A stretch of DNA of 64,000 bases from Nitrospirota bacterium (lineage in GTDB: Bacteria > Nitrospirota > UBA9217): the NCBI GenBank assembly GCA_963840455.1, contig CAWIYV010000009.1:96001-160000 (forward strand), given 5' to 3'. Made by a program: the position numbers and the translations under genes. The notes beneath the pieces are model-generated. The model was not told where the DNA came from. It searched no databases and saw only the letters and a program-made list of their open reading frames with translations. Of this stretch, positions 37,776 through 46,392 are shown in pieces; position 1 is the stretch's first letter; each line of letters opens with the position of its first letter.

Positions 37776-38192
37776 GCCTGTCTGTCGCCGTCCAGTTCCA
37801 TGATGTCCTTTAATTTCGTCAGGTCGCGCAGAACCCAGTTCGGCATCTTCCTGGAACTTCTGCTCGGTCATAGCGGGTTGACGGAAGAGGGTGAGTATCA
37901 GCTCGCTCCCGCTTCCGTTCGGGATGACGCGCAGGGGAACGTAGATCACCGCTCCCGTAGGTAGAGTGACGTAATGATCGAGCACGCCGAGGTCGTTCTG
38001 CGGAGTAAAGCGGACCTTCACCGGCCCATTCGGTGTCTCTGCCACCCATTCTCCGTTGACGTTCTTGATGGATGTGCCGAGGCCTGATGCCCAGCGGAGG
38101 AGGTTCGCTGGGTCAGACGCAAAGTCATAGACTTCCCGGGAAGGGCGGTTTATGGACACACTGATAATGCGTGCTACGAGAAGAGGGGGCAT
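37772..38192 (-). CDS. SRPBCC / polyketide cyclase family protein, frameshifted near 37838
   Basis: VYDFASDPANLLRWASGL and GVLDHYV..VPLRVIPNGSGSE; after +1 nt, WVLRDLTKLKDIMELDGDRQA* ends at TGA 37774-37772. Confidence 0.8.
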
Positions 38193-38256
38193 TTATTATG
38201 TTATGTGACTGATGTTGGGCTGCTCCGTTTCAACGGCCCGAACAGTTTCTTGAACA

Positions 38257-38612
38257 TTATGAGACAGTATCAACACGCTTTGCATTGCTGAAGAGTTGTT
38301 CCGCCGGGCACCCGAGTTCACGCTGTTTGCAGTATTTGCAGGCAAGCTGTCCTCTCACAAGACTAGTGCCCGCCGAACCGAGAAATATCAGTGTTACGAT
38401 AGGAAACAGCGCAGGCCACGAGAAACTCCTTATCGACAGCTTCCTGCGAAGACCCGCCATTCCATCCAAACGCAGTAAGCGGCGTACATCAGCCCCCACA
38501 CGATTCCCAGGCGCGCCATCAGGTAGAGGCCGATCGCATAGATAGCCAGACCGACTGTGTTTGTGATCACGACCATCCACCACGGGAAGTTCTCGAATGA
38601 CGATGTTTTCAT
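38257..38612 (-). pseudogene. Cys-rich membrane protein gene, probably internally deleted
   Basis: N-part MKTSSFENFPWW..VFAGSCR* abuts out of frame with C-part IRSFSW..LACKYCKQRELGCPAEQLF. Confidence 0.55.
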
Positions 38613-38707
38613 GGCCCCACCTCACTTCTTCCGATATATTTATCTATATATCTCGAGTGTCCTTCGATGCTCTTAGGTCCTTAGCAGAAGCCCTGATATA
38701 TCATTGA

Positions 38708-39109
38708 TCACTTGCACTGCGAGTACTCCACACCGGCGGCGACGATAATGGGATAGCCGCTGCTGTTGCACTTCACGGCCGTCCTCACGAGCCCCAGCTC
38801 GCCATTGCCTTCGGACATATACAGTTCACCCTTGGCCGATTTCCAGCGGCCGTTGCTGCGGGAATCTTTCTGGCTGGCAAAGCTCCCGGACTTGCTGCTC
38901 GTGGAGCCCTCTGCCCGGCCGCCGGTGCTGTAAGTGCCGTTCTTGCTGAATCGCACCCGCGTGGTGTTCGAGTAGCCGGTTGTCTTGTTGTAGGAGAAGG
39001 TGCACCACGCGCTGGACAGGAGCAGTTCGTTCGAGACGCCGCCTGCATGGACCGGCAGAGAAATGGCGAAACAGGCGGCAATGATATATGCGATGGTCAC
39101 TTTGCACAT
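38708..39109 (-). CDS. Hypothetical exported protein
   Basis: Signal peptide ending VHA, GGGAG RBS, beta-rich body. Confidence 0.7.
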   Translation of the reverse strand: MCKVTIAYIIAACFAISLPVHAGGVSNELLLSSAWCTFSYNKTTGYSNTTRVRFSKNGTYSTGGRAEGSTSSKSGSFASQKDSRSNGRWKSAKGELYMSEGNGELGLVRTAVKCNSSGYPIIVAAGVEYSQCK

Positions 39110-39142
39110 GGCCTTCTCCCTTGGTACGCACAGTGGAGTGCC

Positions 39143-39222
39143 GTCATTGCGAGGAGCGCAGCAACGAAGCGATCTGTTTTTTGATGCGAGATTGCCACGC
39201 TTCCTTTGGTCGCTCGCAATGA
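39143..39222. repeat. GTCATTGCGAG..CTCGCAATGA palindromic intergenic repeat (RPE-like)
   Basis: tcattgcgag/ctcgcaatga terminal stem with internal gattgccacgc. Confidence 0.7.
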
Positions 39223-39260
39223 TCGTACAGCGATATTCCGTGAGTCGAGAACCAGTCCTA

Positions 39261-39785
39261 TTATAATCCCTTCAAGTATTGCTCCACGACATTCGCCCAC
39301 GCCTCGTATCCCTTGCTTGCTAGGTGCACGCCGTCGTCGGACAGGAGCCCTGGCTTCGGGTTTCCGTTATCATCCGTGAATGCGCTGTACACGTCGAGGT
39401 ATTCCACATTGTGTTCCCGCGCTACCGCCGCGAGATGGCGGTTGATCGTCCTGATGGTGTCGTTCTTGATCCACGGCATGTCAACAGGCAGAAGGCTCTG
39501 GACCACGATCGTCGCGCCCTTGTACCAGGTCGTCAGGTTCCGCACGAACTCTGCATAGGGCCTCGTGACATCGTATCGCTCCGACAGGATGTTGTTGATG
39601 CCGGTCATGAGGAAGATGATGTCCGGCGACTCGACGCGGGAGCGGATGTGGTCGCGCCGGTCGAGCAGTTCCTCGACGGTCTCGCCCGAGATGCCGAGGT
39701 TCAGGACACGGTAGGCCGGGAACCGCTCCTGCCAGTCGTACCATTCGGTCAGGGAATCGCCGATGAAGACAAGGTGCTTTTTCAT
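39261..39785 (-). CDS. GDSL/SGNH hydrolase
   Basis: FIGDSLT, NLGISG, GINN and DGVHL blocks. Confidence 0.93.
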   Translation of the reverse strand: MKKHLVFIGDSLTEWYDWQERFPAYRVLNLGISGETVEELLDRRDHIRSRVESPDIIFLMTGINNILSERYDVTRPYAEFVRNLTTWYKGATIVVQSLLPVDMPWIKNDTIRTINRHLAAVAREHNVEYLDVYSAFTDDNGNPKPGLLSDDGVHLASKGYEAWANVVEQYLKGL

Positions 39786-39817
39786 ATCAGTTCAATAAAC
39801 GCAAGTCAAGACCATGG

Positions 39818-39898
39818 AACCGCGAAGGCGCGAAGGCCGCGAAGTTTAATTCTTAATAAACGGCTTAGATTTCCTCGCGTTCTTTGCGTCCTCGCGGT
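39818..39898. repeat. Inverted 9-mer-period array with no gene inside
   Basis: accgcgaag gcgcgaag gccgcgaag ... ctcgcgttc tttgcgtc ctcgcggt. Confidence 0.65.
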
Positions 39899-40023
39899 AA
39901 GAATGCTTTTGTCTTTCCTCTGATCTTCTTTCCTGTTTTTCAAGTCTAAGCCAAAGATGTCATGGAGTCAAGCATATGGATGGTCGTTGACAGCAGCTCC
40001 TCTGCCATGCTACGCTCTTCTGC

Positions 40024-40890
40024 ATGGACACGCCTTCCTATCTCCGCATGGTGGTCACGAAACTCTCCCGCGAGATCGGCGTCCGGTCCTACCAGGACTT
40101 TGATCGGCTGGAGAAGACCGTCAAGTACCTCTCCGCTGAGCTGTCTTCCTTCGGCTACCAGGTTTCCACGCAGTCCTTCACGTTCGCGGGCCATACGTAC
40201 CAGAACGTCATCGCCGAGCTGAAGGGAACGAAGTCGCCCGGGCCGGTGCTCGTGGTGGGCGCGCACTACGACACGGTGCGGACCACATCGGGCGCCGACG
40301 ACAACGCCAGCGGCGTGGCAGGTCTGTTGGGCCTGGCGCAGCTGTTCGCGAACAGGCCGCTGGAGAAGACCGTACGGTTCGTCGCATTCCCCCTCGAGGA
40401 GCCGCCCGCCTACCGGTCGAAGAACATGGGAAGCTACCACTACGCCGCAAGCCTCAAGAAGGCGCGCGAGCAGGTGGAGGGAATGATCTGCCTCGAGATG
40501 ATCGGGTTCTTCAGCGACCGGCCGGGCTCGCAGCACTATCCCATCCCGTTCATGAACCTCAAGTTCCCGAAGGCCGGCAACTACATCGCCATGGTGGGGA
40601 ACCGGAAGTCCAGGAAGTTCACCATGCAGATGGCCGGGGGCTTCATGATGGCCACCGACCTGCCGCTGGTGACGCTGAACGCACCCGCCATCGTTGTGGG
40701 CATCGACTTTTCGGACCACTGGTCCTTCGGAAAGTTCGGCTATCCCGCTTTCATGGTCACGGACACGGCCTTCTACCGGAACCCTAACTACCACTCGCCG
40801 TCGGACCTCCCAGACACCCTGGATTACAACCGCATGACAAAGGTCGTCGAAGGCCTGAAGGCAGCGGTTGAGTTGTGGGGAAGAGGCTGA
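40024..40890 (+). CDS. M28 family peptidase
   Basis: VGAHYDT, GADDNASG, LEEPP, LEMIG, SDHWSF and YHSPSD. Confidence 0.92.
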   Translation: MDTPSYLRMVVTKLSREIGVRSYQDFDRLEKTVKYLSAELSSFGYQVSTQSFTFAGHTYQNVIAELKGTKSPGPVLVVGAHYDTVRTTSGADDNASGVAGLLGLAQLFANRPLEKTVRFVAFPLEEPPAYRSKNMGSYHYAASLKKAREQVEGMICLEMIGFFSDRPGSQHYPIPFMNLKFPKAGNYIAMVGNRKSRKFTMQMAGGFMMATDLPLVTLNAPAIVVGIDFSDHWSFGKFGYPAFMVTDTAFYRNPNYHSPSDLPDTLDYNRMTKVVEGLKAAVELWGRG

Positions 40891-41133
40891 CGCGAGGACA
40901 AGGAGACAAGGGGACACTGATGTTTCATTACCACTTGCCATTAAATGTCTTCTATACCAGTTCGCTGTTTTCCCTCAGCGTACTCTGCGTCCTCTGCGGT
41001 AAAAAGATTCTCTTTGTGCTGCTGCGTCTCTGTGGCTCCCCAGAAATCCGCAATTGACATAGATTCCCCTCCATTGTATCCTATCTCTGTCGCAGCCCTC
41101 CTTTTCGAAAAAAATCATGCCGGCGAGGTCCCG

Positions 41134-43758
41134 ATGATCCTGACCAAGATCCAGGAATCAGCATCGAACTACCCCGACGATATCGCCATCCAGTTCAAGG
41201 ACGGGGACCAATACCGCAAGCACACCTACCGTGAGCTGATCACGACAGTGGCCTCAGTCGCCCGCGCGTTATCCCGCCTCGGCATCGAGAAAGGCGACCG
41301 GGTCGCCGTCCTGTCCGAGAACCGGCCCGAATGGGTATTCTCCTATCTCGCCATCACCTCGCTGGGGGCGGTCGTCGTGCCCCTGGACGCGCAGCTCACG
41401 GACAAGGAGGTCAGCCTCCTGCTGTCCAACTGCGATGCCAAGGCCGTGTGCGTGTCCGCGGCAACGCGGCAGAAACTCCCGCCGGGCAAGGCCGTCACGG
41501 TCATCTCCTATGACGCCGGGGACGGCGCGCTCTTCTCCGACATGATGAAGGCGCACCCGGGAGCGCCGATGCCGGAGGCCCCCTTTGACAGCGATCTTGC
41601 CGCCATCCTATACACATCGGGCACCACCGGCGACCCCAAGGGCGTGATGCTCTCGCACGGGAACCTGGTCGCGAACTGTACCAGCGCGATCAAGCTGAAC
41701 ATCATCTTCAAGACGGACAACCTGCTCTGCCTGCTGCCGCTCCACCACACCTATCCCGCAATGGCCTGCATGCTGCTGACGCTCTCCCTGGGCGGGACCA
41801 TGACGATCCTGAACAGCCTCAAGGGGCCCGACATCATCGCCTGCATGCAGGAGACCGGGGTGAGCGTTCTCGTCGGCGTGCCGCAGCTCCTGACCGCCTT
41901 GCGCCGGGCCATTGTTGACAAGATCGAATCGAGCCCGCTGCTGCTCCGGATCCTGGCGAAGCTGCTGCTCGGCCTGAGCGGCCTCGTCCGGAAGCTGACG
42001 GGCGTGAACATCGGCAAGGCCCTCTTCGGCAAGGTCCACGCCAGGTTCGGTCCCAAGTTCCGGCTCATGGCGAGCGGCGGCGCCCGGCTCGATCCGGACG
42101 TGTACACGGACATGTCGAACCTCGGGTTCCTGGTGATCGAGGCGTACGGGCTTACCGAGACCTCGCCGGCAGCTACGTTCAATCCCGTGGAGAAACAGAA
42201 GGCCGGGTCAATCGGCGTACCCATCCCCGATGTCGAGGTCAGGATCTCGGAGCCCGACGCATCCGGCATGGGAGAGATCGCCATCAAGGGGCCGAACGTC
42301 ATGCTGGGCTACTACAAGAAGCCCGACGCGACCGCCGAGGTCATCCGGGACGGGTGGTTCTACACCGGCGACCTGGGCTATAAGGACAGGGACGGCTACT
42401 TCTTCATCACCGGCAGGTCCAAGGAGATGATCGTCCTGTCCACGGGAAAGAAGATCTTCCCCGACGAGCTCGAGAAGTTCTACAAGCAGCTGCCGTCCAT
42501 CAAGGAGATCTGCATGCTCCAGACGGAACGGGGGCTCGAGGCCGCAGTGGTCCCGGACTTCGAATATCTCAAGAAGATGAACATCGCGAACGCGCGGGAG
42601 ACCATCGCCTTCGAGATCGAGGACCTTGCGAAGGACCTGGCCCCGTACAAACGCATCTCGGGGCTCAAGATCTTCAAGGACTCGCTCCCGGTGACGCGGC
42701 TCGGGAAGCTCAAGCGCACCCTGGTGAAGGACCTGTACCTCAAAGGCGGCGAACGCGCAGAGAAGACGGTGCACAAGGGCGATGAAGGCATTCTCGACAG
42801 CGACGCGGGAAGGAAGGTCGTCGCGTGCCTCGCGGCATTCTCGGTCAAGAAGCACATCGTTCCTGATGACAACCTGGAGATCGACCTGGGACTGGACTCG
42901 CTCTCCCGCGTGGAAATGGTCGTCAGCCTGGAGCAGACCTTCGGCACGGGCCTGCCCGATTCCTTCGGCTCCGAGGTCTTCACGGTCCGGGACGTGGTCG
43001 AGAAGATGCAGCAGGTGATGGCATCGGGCGTGGCGAAGGCCGGCTCGAACGTGAGGCTGTCGTGGGCGGAGATCCTGCAGCAGGAGCCGTCAGAGGAGGC
43101 AAAGGCGCTGGTGCGGACCAAGAGGAACGCGCTCTGCCTCCTGGGCTGGCAGTGCTGCCGGATCACGCTGAAGACGATCTTCGGCGTCCTGGGCGGCGTG
43201 ACCGTACGCGGCACGGAGAACTTGCCGAAGCAGGGGCCTTATTTGATCACGCCGAACCACCTGAGCAACGCCGACGCTTTTCTTCTGACCGCTGCCATGC
43301 CGGCTGCCGTTGGCAGCCAGGCGTTCTATCTCGGGGACACGAAGTTCTTCGGCGGTCCGGTCTCGTCGCGGGTAGCGCAGTACATCCAGGTCATTCCTGT
43401 GGACATGGAGGCGAAGCTCTACAATGCGCTCCAGTTGTCGGCGTACATGCTGCGGCAGGGGAAGGTGCTGTGCGTGTTCCCCGAAGGAAGCCGCACGCGC
43501 GACGGGAACATCAAGGAGTTCAAGAAGGGCGTGGCCATCATCGCGAAAGAGCTGAACGTTCCGATGGTGCCGGCGGCCATCACGGGCACCTACGCCATGA
43601 TGCGGCCGGGCCAGCTCTTTCCCCGGCCCGCGAGGACGACAGTCACCTTCGGAAAGCCGTTCCATCCGGGTGGCATGGCCTACGACGAGATCACGAAGAA
43701 GCTGTACGCGGACGTGGTGGAACTGTTGGATCAGACATCAGGAGCCAGGAGTCAGTAG
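41134..43758 (+). CDS. Long-chain acyl-CoA synthetase / acyl carrier / PlsC acyltransferase fusion
   Basis: YTSGTTGDPKG, YGLTET and GWFYTGDLG; DLGLDSL (Ppant serine); PNHLSNAD and FPEGSRT. Confidence 0.92.
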   Translation: MILTKIQESASNYPDDIAIQFKDGDQYRKHTYRELITTVASVARALSRLGIEKGDRVAVLSENRPEWVFSYLAITSLGAVVVPLDAQLTDKEVSLLLSNCDAKAVCVSAATRQKLPPGKAVTVISYDAGDGALFSDMMKAHPGAPMPEAPFDSDLAAILYTSGTTGDPKGVMLSHGNLVANCTSAIKLNIIFKTDNLLCLLPLHHTYPAMACMLLTLSLGGTMTILNSLKGPDIIACMQETGVSVLVGVPQLLTALRRAIVDKIESSPLLLRILAKLLLGLSGLVRKLTGVNIGKALFGKVHARFGPKFRLMASGGARLDPDVYTDMSNLGFLVIEAYGLTETSPAATFNPVEKQKAGSIGVPIPDVEVRISEPDASGMGEIAIKGPNVMLGYYKKPDATAEVIRDGWFYTGDLGYKDRDGYFFITGRSKEMIVLSTGKKIFPDELEKFYKQLPSIKEICMLQTERGLEAAVVPDFEYLKKMNIANARETIAFEIEDLAKDLAPYKRISGLKIFKDSLPVTRLGKLKRTLVKDLYLKGGERAEKTVHKGDEGILDSDAGRKVVACLAAFSVKKHIVPDDNLEIDLGLDSLSRVEMVVSLEQTFGTGLPDSFGSEVFTVRDVVEKMQQVMASGVAKAGSNVRLSWAEILQQEPSEEAKALVRTKRNALCLLGWQCCRITLKTIFGVLGGVTVRGTENLPKQGPYLITPNHLSNADAFLLTAAMPAAVGSQAFYLGDTKFFGGPVSSRVAQYIQVIPVDMEAKLYNALQLSAYMLRQGKVLCVFPEGSRTRDGNIKEFKKGVAIIAKELNVPMVPAAITGTYAMMRPGQLFPRPARTTVTFGKPFHPGGMAYDEITKKLYADVVELLDQTSGARSQ

Positions 43759-43872
43759 CGAGAAGAGATGGGACCGAAAAAATACATTGACGCTGAGGAA
43801 CGCTGAAGCGCCTATGATGAGGCATACATGGATCAACAGCGTCAATCATATCTGCTCATAGTTCTTTCAGCG

Positions 43873-43989
43873 TTGAATCCAGGAGCGAGCGCATTCCCCG
43901 TAGCTTGCTGCAGGGTTAGCGAGCAATTAGGATGACAAAATTACCCTGAGGATCGAAGATTCCCTGCAGCTTGCTGCAGGGAGCTTAAA
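43873..43989 (+). mobile_element. Miniature element copy 6
   Basis: ttgaa|tccaggagcgagcgcattcccc..ttccctgcagcttgctgcagggagcttaaa. Confidence 0.8.
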
Positions 43990-44039
43990 TGATTTGTTCT
44001 TTTCTGCGACCGTGACTGCTTACGAAGGCGGGTGACATT

Positions 44040-44951
44040 ATGAAACGAGGAATGCATATATTATTGATGCTGGGTATTGCTTTGGCCGTCCTGGCCTCCT
44101 GCCAGACCACCGAGGGCCCGTCGGTCCCGCCGGTCGACCTGGCGCGGCCGAGGGTGGCGCTGGTGCTCGGCGGCGGTGCTGCGCGGGGCTTCGCGCACGT
44201 CGGGGTGATCCGCGCGCTGGAGCAGGAGAAGGTCCCGATCGACCTGATCGTGGGCACCAGCGTCGGCAGCCTCATCGGCGCCATCTATGCCTATGATGCG
44301 AACAGCATGGAGCTTGAATGGACGGCCTTCATGCTGGAGAAGGACAGCCTGTTCGACTACGGGCTGATAACTGCGTTTACGGGCATGGGCGTGGCAAAGG
44401 GTGATAAGCTCGAGGAGTTCGTCAAAAGCAAGGTGCCGGTCGCGAACATCGAAAATCTGAAGATCCCCTTTGCCGCGGTCGCCACAGACCTGAACCGGGG
44501 CACGAGCGTGGTCCTGGACAAGGGCTCGGTTGCGAGGGCGGTGCGGGCAAGCAGCGCCATCCCCGGCGTGTTCAATCCCGTCGAATACCAAGGCCGGCTG
44601 CTCGTCGATGGCGGGGTGATCGACAGCATCCCCGTGTCCGTTGCCCGGGAGAAGGGCGCGGACATCGTGATCGCCGTGGACATCAGCGAGAATGTGGTCA
44701 ACTTCAACATCACGAACATCGTTGACGTCATGCTCCAGTCCATCACGATCATGGGCGCAGTGAATGCGAAGACCAGGAAGAAGGAGGCCGACGTCCTGAT
44801 ATCGCCCAAGGTCGGCGACGTGGGGATGATGGACTTCACCCAGAAGAAGCGGTGCATGCTGGCCGGCATCGAGGCGACGCAGAAGATGATGCCGGAGATC
44901 AAGGCCAAGATCGAGGAATGGGGGAGAAAACGGGCGGTACCATCGAAGTGA
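44040..44951 (+). CDS. Patatin-like phospholipase, lipoprotein
   Basis: Lipobox LASC, GGGAARG, GTSVG and DGG. Confidence 0.93.
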   Translation: MKRGMHILLMLGIALAVLASCQTTEGPSVPPVDLARPRVALVLGGGAARGFAHVGVIRALEQEKVPIDLIVGTSVGSLIGAIYAYDANSMELEWTAFMLEKDSLFDYGLITAFTGMGVAKGDKLEEFVKSKVPVANIENLKIPFAAVATDLNRGTSVVLDKGSVARAVRASSAIPGVFNPVEYQGRLLVDGGVIDSIPVSVAREKGADIVIAVDISENVVNFNITNIVDVMLQSITIMGAVNAKTRKKEADVLISPKVGDVGMMDFTQKKRCMLAGIEATQKMMPEIKAKIEEWGRKRAVPSK

Positions 44952-44960
44952 GGCAGTATC

Positions 44961-45377
44961 ATGCATAATCCACCACAGAGACACAGAGGCACAGAGGAAA
45001 CCGTTTATTATCATAAAGAATTGACGGAAAAGCTCATTGCCTGCGCCATTGAGGTTCATCGACATCTTGGGCCAGGTCTGCTGGAGTCTGCTTATGACGA
45101 GTGCTATTGTTATGAGCTGGACAAGAACGGCGTTCCTATTGAGCGCCAGAAAGCACTTCCCCTCATATATAAGGAGATCAAGCTGGATTGTGGATATCGT
45201 ATGGATGTGGTCGCTGATGATAAAGTTGTCGTAGAGCTCAAATGCGTAGAAAGAATATTGCCCATTCATGAAGCACAACTTCTGACCTATCTCAGGTTGT
45301 CTGGCTTAAAGATCGGGCTCCTTATCAATTTTCACGCGGCGACATTGAAGGATGGCATTAAAAGGCTTGCTCTTTGA
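44961..45377 (+). CDS. GxxExxY protein
   Basis: EVHRHLGPGLLESAY, RMDVVADDKVVVELK and HEAQLLTYL..GLLINF. Confidence 0.93.
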   Translation: MHNPPQRHRGTEETVYYHKELTEKLIACAIEVHRHLGPGLLESAYDECYCYELDKNGVPIERQKALPLIYKEIKLDCGYRMDVVADDKVVVELKCVERILPIHEAQLLTYLRLSGLKIGLLINFHAATLKDGIKRLAL

Positions 45378-45464
45378 TCCTATCTTCGCCGTTGTTGTTA
45401 ACGATTAGGAAGCATTCAAGGAATTATGGTTTTGATCTTCTCTGTGTCTCTGTGCCTCTGTGGT
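44972..45464. repeat. Inverted 25-bp arrays bracketing the GxxExxY gene
   Basis: accacagagacacagaggcacagag (44972-44996) versus ctctgtgtctctgtgcctctgtggt (45440-45464). Confidence 0.85.
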
Positions 45465-45488
45465 TAACGGTTCGAAAGGATTTCTTCC

Positions 45489-46341
45489 ATGTTGGATAAG
45501 TTCAAGATCATCCTCGAGATGATCAAGTTCGAGCACACCATCTTCGCGCTGCCCTTTGCCTTCACCGGTGCGCTCCTGGCTCTGGATGGGCTGCCGTCGC
45601 TGGAACAGGTGATCTGGATCATCGCGGCAATGGTCGGGGCGCGCTCGGCGGCCATGGGCTTCAATCGCTGGGCGGACCGGGACATTGATTCCGAGAACCC
45701 GCGGACGAAGACGCGGGCACTGCCCCTGGGGCTGGTGACGCCGGCACAGGTCCTGGCGTTCATCATCGTCTCCTCGGGCCTGCTGGTGCTGGCGGCATAT
45801 ATGCTGAACCCGCTCTCGTTCATGCTCGCTCCCGTGGCGCTGGCCATCGTGTTCTTCTATTCCTATACCAAGCGCTTTACCTTCCTGTCCCATGCGTTCC
45901 TGGGGCTGGCCATATCCGGCGCGCCGATGGGCGCCTGGATCGCCGTGACCGGCAGGTTCGAGTTCCCGGCGCTGGTGCTCGGCGTCGCTGTGTTGTTCTG
46001 GCTCGTGGGCTTCGACATCCTGTATGCGCTCCAGGACCTGGAGTTCGACCAGGAAGGCAGGGCTGCACTCCGTTCCCCAGCGGTTCGGGGTCAGGACCTC
46101 GCTCCTGATCTCCCGCACGGCCCATTTTGTGACCATGCTCTGTCTTTTCTGGGTCTACGTTCTCCTGCCGGTCGGCCTGGTGTATCTCCTCGGTGTTCTT
46201 GTGGCGATGGGGCTGATCATCTACGAGCATTCCCTGGTCAAGGAGAGCGACCTCTCGAAGCTCAACATCGCGTTCTTCAACATGAACGGCTACATCAGCG
46301 TCACGATCTTCATTTTTACCCTGCTTGATGTCCTGTTGTAA
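45489..46341 (+). CDS. UbiA-family polyprenyltransferase (MqnP-like), frameshifted near 46052
   Basis: [32 protein letters not shown] and [13 protein letters not shown][+1 nt][15 protein letters not shown]. Confidence 0.88.
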
Positions 46342-46392
46342 TATCGGCACGACAGTATTCCCGACCATTTCGAATTCAGCGAGGCGAACAGA

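Noticed and set aside
37377-38192. SRPBCC-membrane protein fusion (271-aa ORF)
   Set aside because: One extra base near 37838 creates it; correcting it gives two genes with an ATGA overlap.
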